From: Phoronis australis
Lineage: Eukaryota; Animalia; Phoronida
DNA: 64,000 bases
Reading direction: 5' to 3'
Assembly: GCA_002633005.1 (NCBI GenBank)
Contig: NMRA01000025.1
Location: 1,219,160 to 1,283,159, forward strand
Position 1 is the first letter of the stretch. The number at the start of each line of letters is the position of its first letter. The notes beneath the pieces were generated by a model. It searched no databases. It had not been told where the DNA came from and was given only the letters and a program-made list of their open reading frames with translations. Position numbers and translations under genes: made by a program. Shown piece by piece: positions 62,133-64,000 of the stretch.

Positions 62133-64000
62133 TATTATTAAACTTGTGATATGATTTAGTGAAGTGCAAATTTTTATCAACGTGAACGTGCTTTTTAGTG
62201 AACTTTTCAAGTTTCCTCGTGTATTCCAAGTTCAAGCATACGCGATCCTGAGAAGTATCGATCCTCCGAGTCAGTAGTTCACGCACTGGCTCAGCACAGG
62301 CCTGCGACATCAAGGGTTAGTTACGGCATCGGCTAATAGGTTTCGCTGCACCAACATGGCTGAATACGTGTAATGGCTCACAGTTAGCACTATTTTTATT
62401 CACGAATCGCCATAAACAGGTTAGTGTTCTTTTAGGAAGGTGTCGACGAAAGCATTTATTTTGAAAGTAAATAATCTGGTCGCCTTGTGGCGATTTTCTC
62501 TGCAGGCGTGATCGCCCTGGCAGCTTCTGATCGTCCCCACGATCGGAAGCTGAGGACGCCTGTGGCTGTGCATCTGACTGTGTCAAGAGAAAGGTTCCAT
62601 AGATAGGCCTAATACTAGACACGTAACCCGTTTGGCCGCAGTAGAGATGGTGACCATCCCATAGGCCCTCCATACTGTATGAAAACCTCTTTCGAACACA
62701 ACTCTGTGTTACGGTTTTACGTGGGTTTATTCTAGAGATCTACAAGATATGTATCTATTCACTATGCTGTCTAACTCTCAACTGAAAACTTGTTTGTCAG
62801 AACTAAAGATCATATGCTCATGAGTCATAATCAGATTTCAGAGAATTGTTTTGCACAACTTACACAATCTATGATTCTAGCTACCAGTGCCATATAAGGT
62901 TATGTTTTGGACTCTGCAAGTTTAATGAAAACCACGAACATAACACATACGACGAAAACTTTTTGGCAAATTATGCCTCACACTGATTAAACCATCAAAG
63001 TCACTTCTATGGCCTTTTCCAAATATTGTTACTACGCTCTTAGAATCTTAGATATTTAAATTATCACATATTTGGAAATTAATGTATCATATCGTAATGT
63101 ATCGTATCGTATTGCTAAAGACCTTAATTGCTAGTCAAGCCCGCCCATTGACTTATCTGGACTGGCTGGGTAGCCTCTATCGTCCGAAGGAGAATGCCAC
63201 CACTTTTTTGTATCAATTTAGATCGAGGTAGTTCCACTCGATAACTATAGCAATTAAAAAGTTCAGTTCTTTTACCTGACGGAGGTGCTGAAATTAACCG
63301 ATGACATCGTAGTATCTAAAACAGTCTGTTCAGCAGTTCAGAAGAGGCTTACTGGTGAGTGGTGAGCTGGTTATCGCTTGACGTCATCGTTTTACACCAA
63401 TAAATTATCAAAATTCGATGCAAAAACCTTGTAAATACATTGAGTTTTTAAACAAATGAGTTGTTTTATTTCGCTGTTACGGATTTATAGAAATTTTGAA
63501 CATACTGTAGCTAAACCAACTTACCGAGGCCAGTCGCGGGAAGTTTGGATCTGTTCAGTGATAAATTAGACTAATAATTCTTCTGTGAAATGCAGACAGG
63601 GGAGCATAGCCGTGTAGGCTTGCGAATTTTTTCAGTTCTAAACACACAAAACACTTGTTAAAACCCAGTCGCTCAGAACACGATTGGGCCCATCGCGGAC
63701 TGGAGACATCACGGACATAAACCAGCTGGCTGCCAAAGTTAGAAACTAAACTTCCAGTCACGAAAAGTCTAGAGACTAGTGAACCAAAGAAATAACATGC
63801 ACATGGATATTTTCGAGAATTGGCTGCGAAATTGCACATTTACTAACTCATTGGAGGCCACGAAGTCAGGTTCCCCTTCCACAGAGCTCATGACAGCGTT
63901 TTTCCGTTCACAGGCAAATCACAATCAAGGTCGATATTCAGTAGCCACTTTTGGTGAAAAATGAAGGTTGTCATATATATAAAAGCTGGGTTATTTTAAA

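Noticed and set aside
62317-62673. 118-aa minus-strand ORF
   Set aside because: No recognisable domain or supporting exons.
1-64000. tRNA, rRNA or prokaryotic operon/defence features
   Set aside because: None recognised; spliceosomal introns and metazoan gene families show the window is animal nuclear DNA.

Overview
AT-rich genomic DNA from a bilaterian invertebrate, most likely a spiralian/lophotrochozoan (inferred from gene and transposon content). It is a draft assembly with single-N joins and one 107-N gap. Host genes supported by the sequence: an intronless rhodopsin-class peptide-type GPCR (-), an intronless Mos kinase (-), an 8-coding-exon SLC22 organic cation transporter (-), a 2-exon secreted peptide with two identically spaced Cys modules (+), and an intronless class I PITP, probably a retrogene (+). 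There is also a 9-exon type I membrane receptor (-) that I assembled by hand: signal peptide, TNF-receptor Cys-rich repeats, TM, then a cytoplasmic ZU5 (ending in an HF/S autoproteolysis-type motif), UPA-like region and DEATH domain, with a cluster of kappaB-like sites at its 5' end. This TNFR/UNC5-PIDD-type chimera is the best candidate for an undescribed system. An orphan exon weakly resembles anti-lipopolysaccharide factor. Mobile DNA comprises a decayed Polinton/Maverick (AGTAGT end plus pPolB) fused to a solo Kolobok TIR, a deleted Kolobok element with ~310-bp TIRs and a THAP remnant, several MITE families, and Gypsy, LINE and Penelope fragments. All gene models are manual, from splice consensus and phase; no database search was possible.
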